Source of the DNA: Phoronis australis
Lineage: Eukaryota; Animalia; Phoronida
Direction of reading: 5' to 3'
DNA: 64,000 bases
Assembly: GCA_002633005.1 (NCBI GenBank)
Contig: NMRA01000078.1
Span: 248,001-312,000 of the forward strand
Notes under the pieces: model-generated
The model's input: only the letters and a program-made list of their open reading frames with translations
Databases searched by the model: none
Told to the model about the DNA's origin: nothing
Program-made: the position numbers and the translations under genes
Shown: piece after piece, positions 62,501-64,000 of the stretch
Position numbering within the stretch: the first letter of the stretch is position 1
Layout of the letters: every line of letters begins with the position of its first letter

Positions 62501-64000
62501 GCAGTCGATGCATTAGTTACAGTGCACTTAAGATAACTCGATTTGTGTTGTCCTGATATAAGAGTGTAATTTTGTGATTATTCCATTGGTGACGCCAGAA
62601 TGCTGATTATCTTGTGACTTTTTTGTCAAATTATGTTTTGTGATAGCCGAGCTGCACTCTTTTCTCAAGCGCACTATTTACATACACTGACTGTGACCAA
62701 GGGTTGTTTAAAGTGCGCTCTATAAATCTGAAGTGGTCTCCATGTAGTTACAACCACGACATTCAGTTGTAGAGTTGGCTGATGTGCAGGTTGCAAATAC
62801 AGTCCATGTATGCAAACGTCATCTCCATTCTGTCACATATAATCAATGCATGGACTCTAAAACAATATCGAAAATCAATGTGTAATTGTCAAGTAACTGG
62901 TTTAACCTAGTCACTCCCTCACTGTTTACTGTAGATATTCAGGGTTTGTTCCTTAATGTTAGTTGTTGACACCTGTGGGGTCATTGTTCCTTATGTTGAT
63001 GACCTACTCTTTCTGCGTTTTCCTTTAATGATAGTAAATTAACCTCGTTAAGGGTTGTTCTTGAGAGTCATTCAAATATCACGGTTCTTGCAGGGTTTCA
63101 TGATAATGTGTAGTTTCTTTTTAATTTATGTGGTTCAGTGCTCGGGTTTATTTTGCTCCCTCAGAGTTAAAATAGATTAATTAATTCGTTTTGAGATTAT
63201 GATAAAAATTTAATGTGGAACAAAAATTATGGCTATAATTGTCCGTTAGCAGTTAGACCAGTGAAATCGTTGCAGAGGCGCATTTTTAATCTGAACAAAA
63301 TTAAGGAATTTTTGAAACAAAAACAAAACCATATATATCGTATGTATCTTTTGCATTCACAGTGACCCCTTAGAATTTATGCACAAATACGCTTTCGTAA
63401 TTTTCTCAGTATGTGAATCCTGAATCTCAAACTGTCGCGAGTAACTAAGTGCTGCTATGGTACAAGCAGACGACAATATCAGTTGACAACGAAATTTGAA
63501 TTTTGCAATTACATGACCAGTAGCATTGCTGAAAGTACTCACGATACCAACACTTCTACTATTGGAAGACTTTGAACAGCCTGTCTATGCTGATTTTTTT
63601 TCGTTGCACTGGACAGTAAAATAGATGCAAGAATTTCCAGTCACAATACAGTTACTTGAACTGAAATTGGTAATTTAGGAGAGTGGCGCCTCCTCTAGGA
63701 TACTACGCAAGAAAATGTTGGGAGTTGCGAATCTGTTGTTGATAATCTATCGTTAAATCTGCTATTAGAGGTGCAGTCCACTGGCTGGATGGTGGTTTGA
63801 ACTTTCATATTGGCTTCCAAGTTATCGCTTAGTGGTATGGTGATCAATGGAGTTAACACAAGTTGGTGCTGTTATTTCGAACTCAAAGTTCTTAGTGGTT
63901 TGTACGTAATTTTAAATATGAAGAGCTGAGTACATTGTTTAAATAGCAACTGAAATGAAAGGCTTGTAGAAGTAGAAAGGTCAATATCTGAAAAAAAACG

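Overview
Eukaryotic genomic DNA with spliceosomal GT-AG introns, most likely from an invertebrate bilaterian. I reconstructed five protein-coding genes by hand. (1) A 5'-truncated DBH-like monooxygenase (MOXD1-type) gene, + strand, 10 exons at 1454-8733. (2) A complete 5-exon Wnt2 gene, + strand, 11654-22477. (3) A Kv1/Shaker-type K+ channel gene with an intronless CDS, + strand, 30281-31888. (4) A 6-exon ANKRD16-like gene, - strand, 35540-40297. (5) The first two coding exons of a TBC1D30-like gene, + strand, 46103-50819, continuing beyond the window. Introns and intergenic DNA carry many non-autonomous DNA transposons and mini/microsatellites. Three observations stand out. First, the monooxygenase has an intact frame but has lost 3 of 5 copper-binding histidines and gained a ~95-aa Arg/Gln/Gly/Tyr-rich insertion, so it looks like a repurposed pseudo-enzyme. 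Second, the Kv1 channel has a PVP->LVP S6 hinge substitution suggestive of a regulatory subunit. Third, a Helentron-like tandem array carries ~11 co-oriented CTCF-like motifs at ~150-bp spacing, where CpG-rich DNA changes to CpG-poor DNA. Homology calls rest on remembered family motifs, not database searches.
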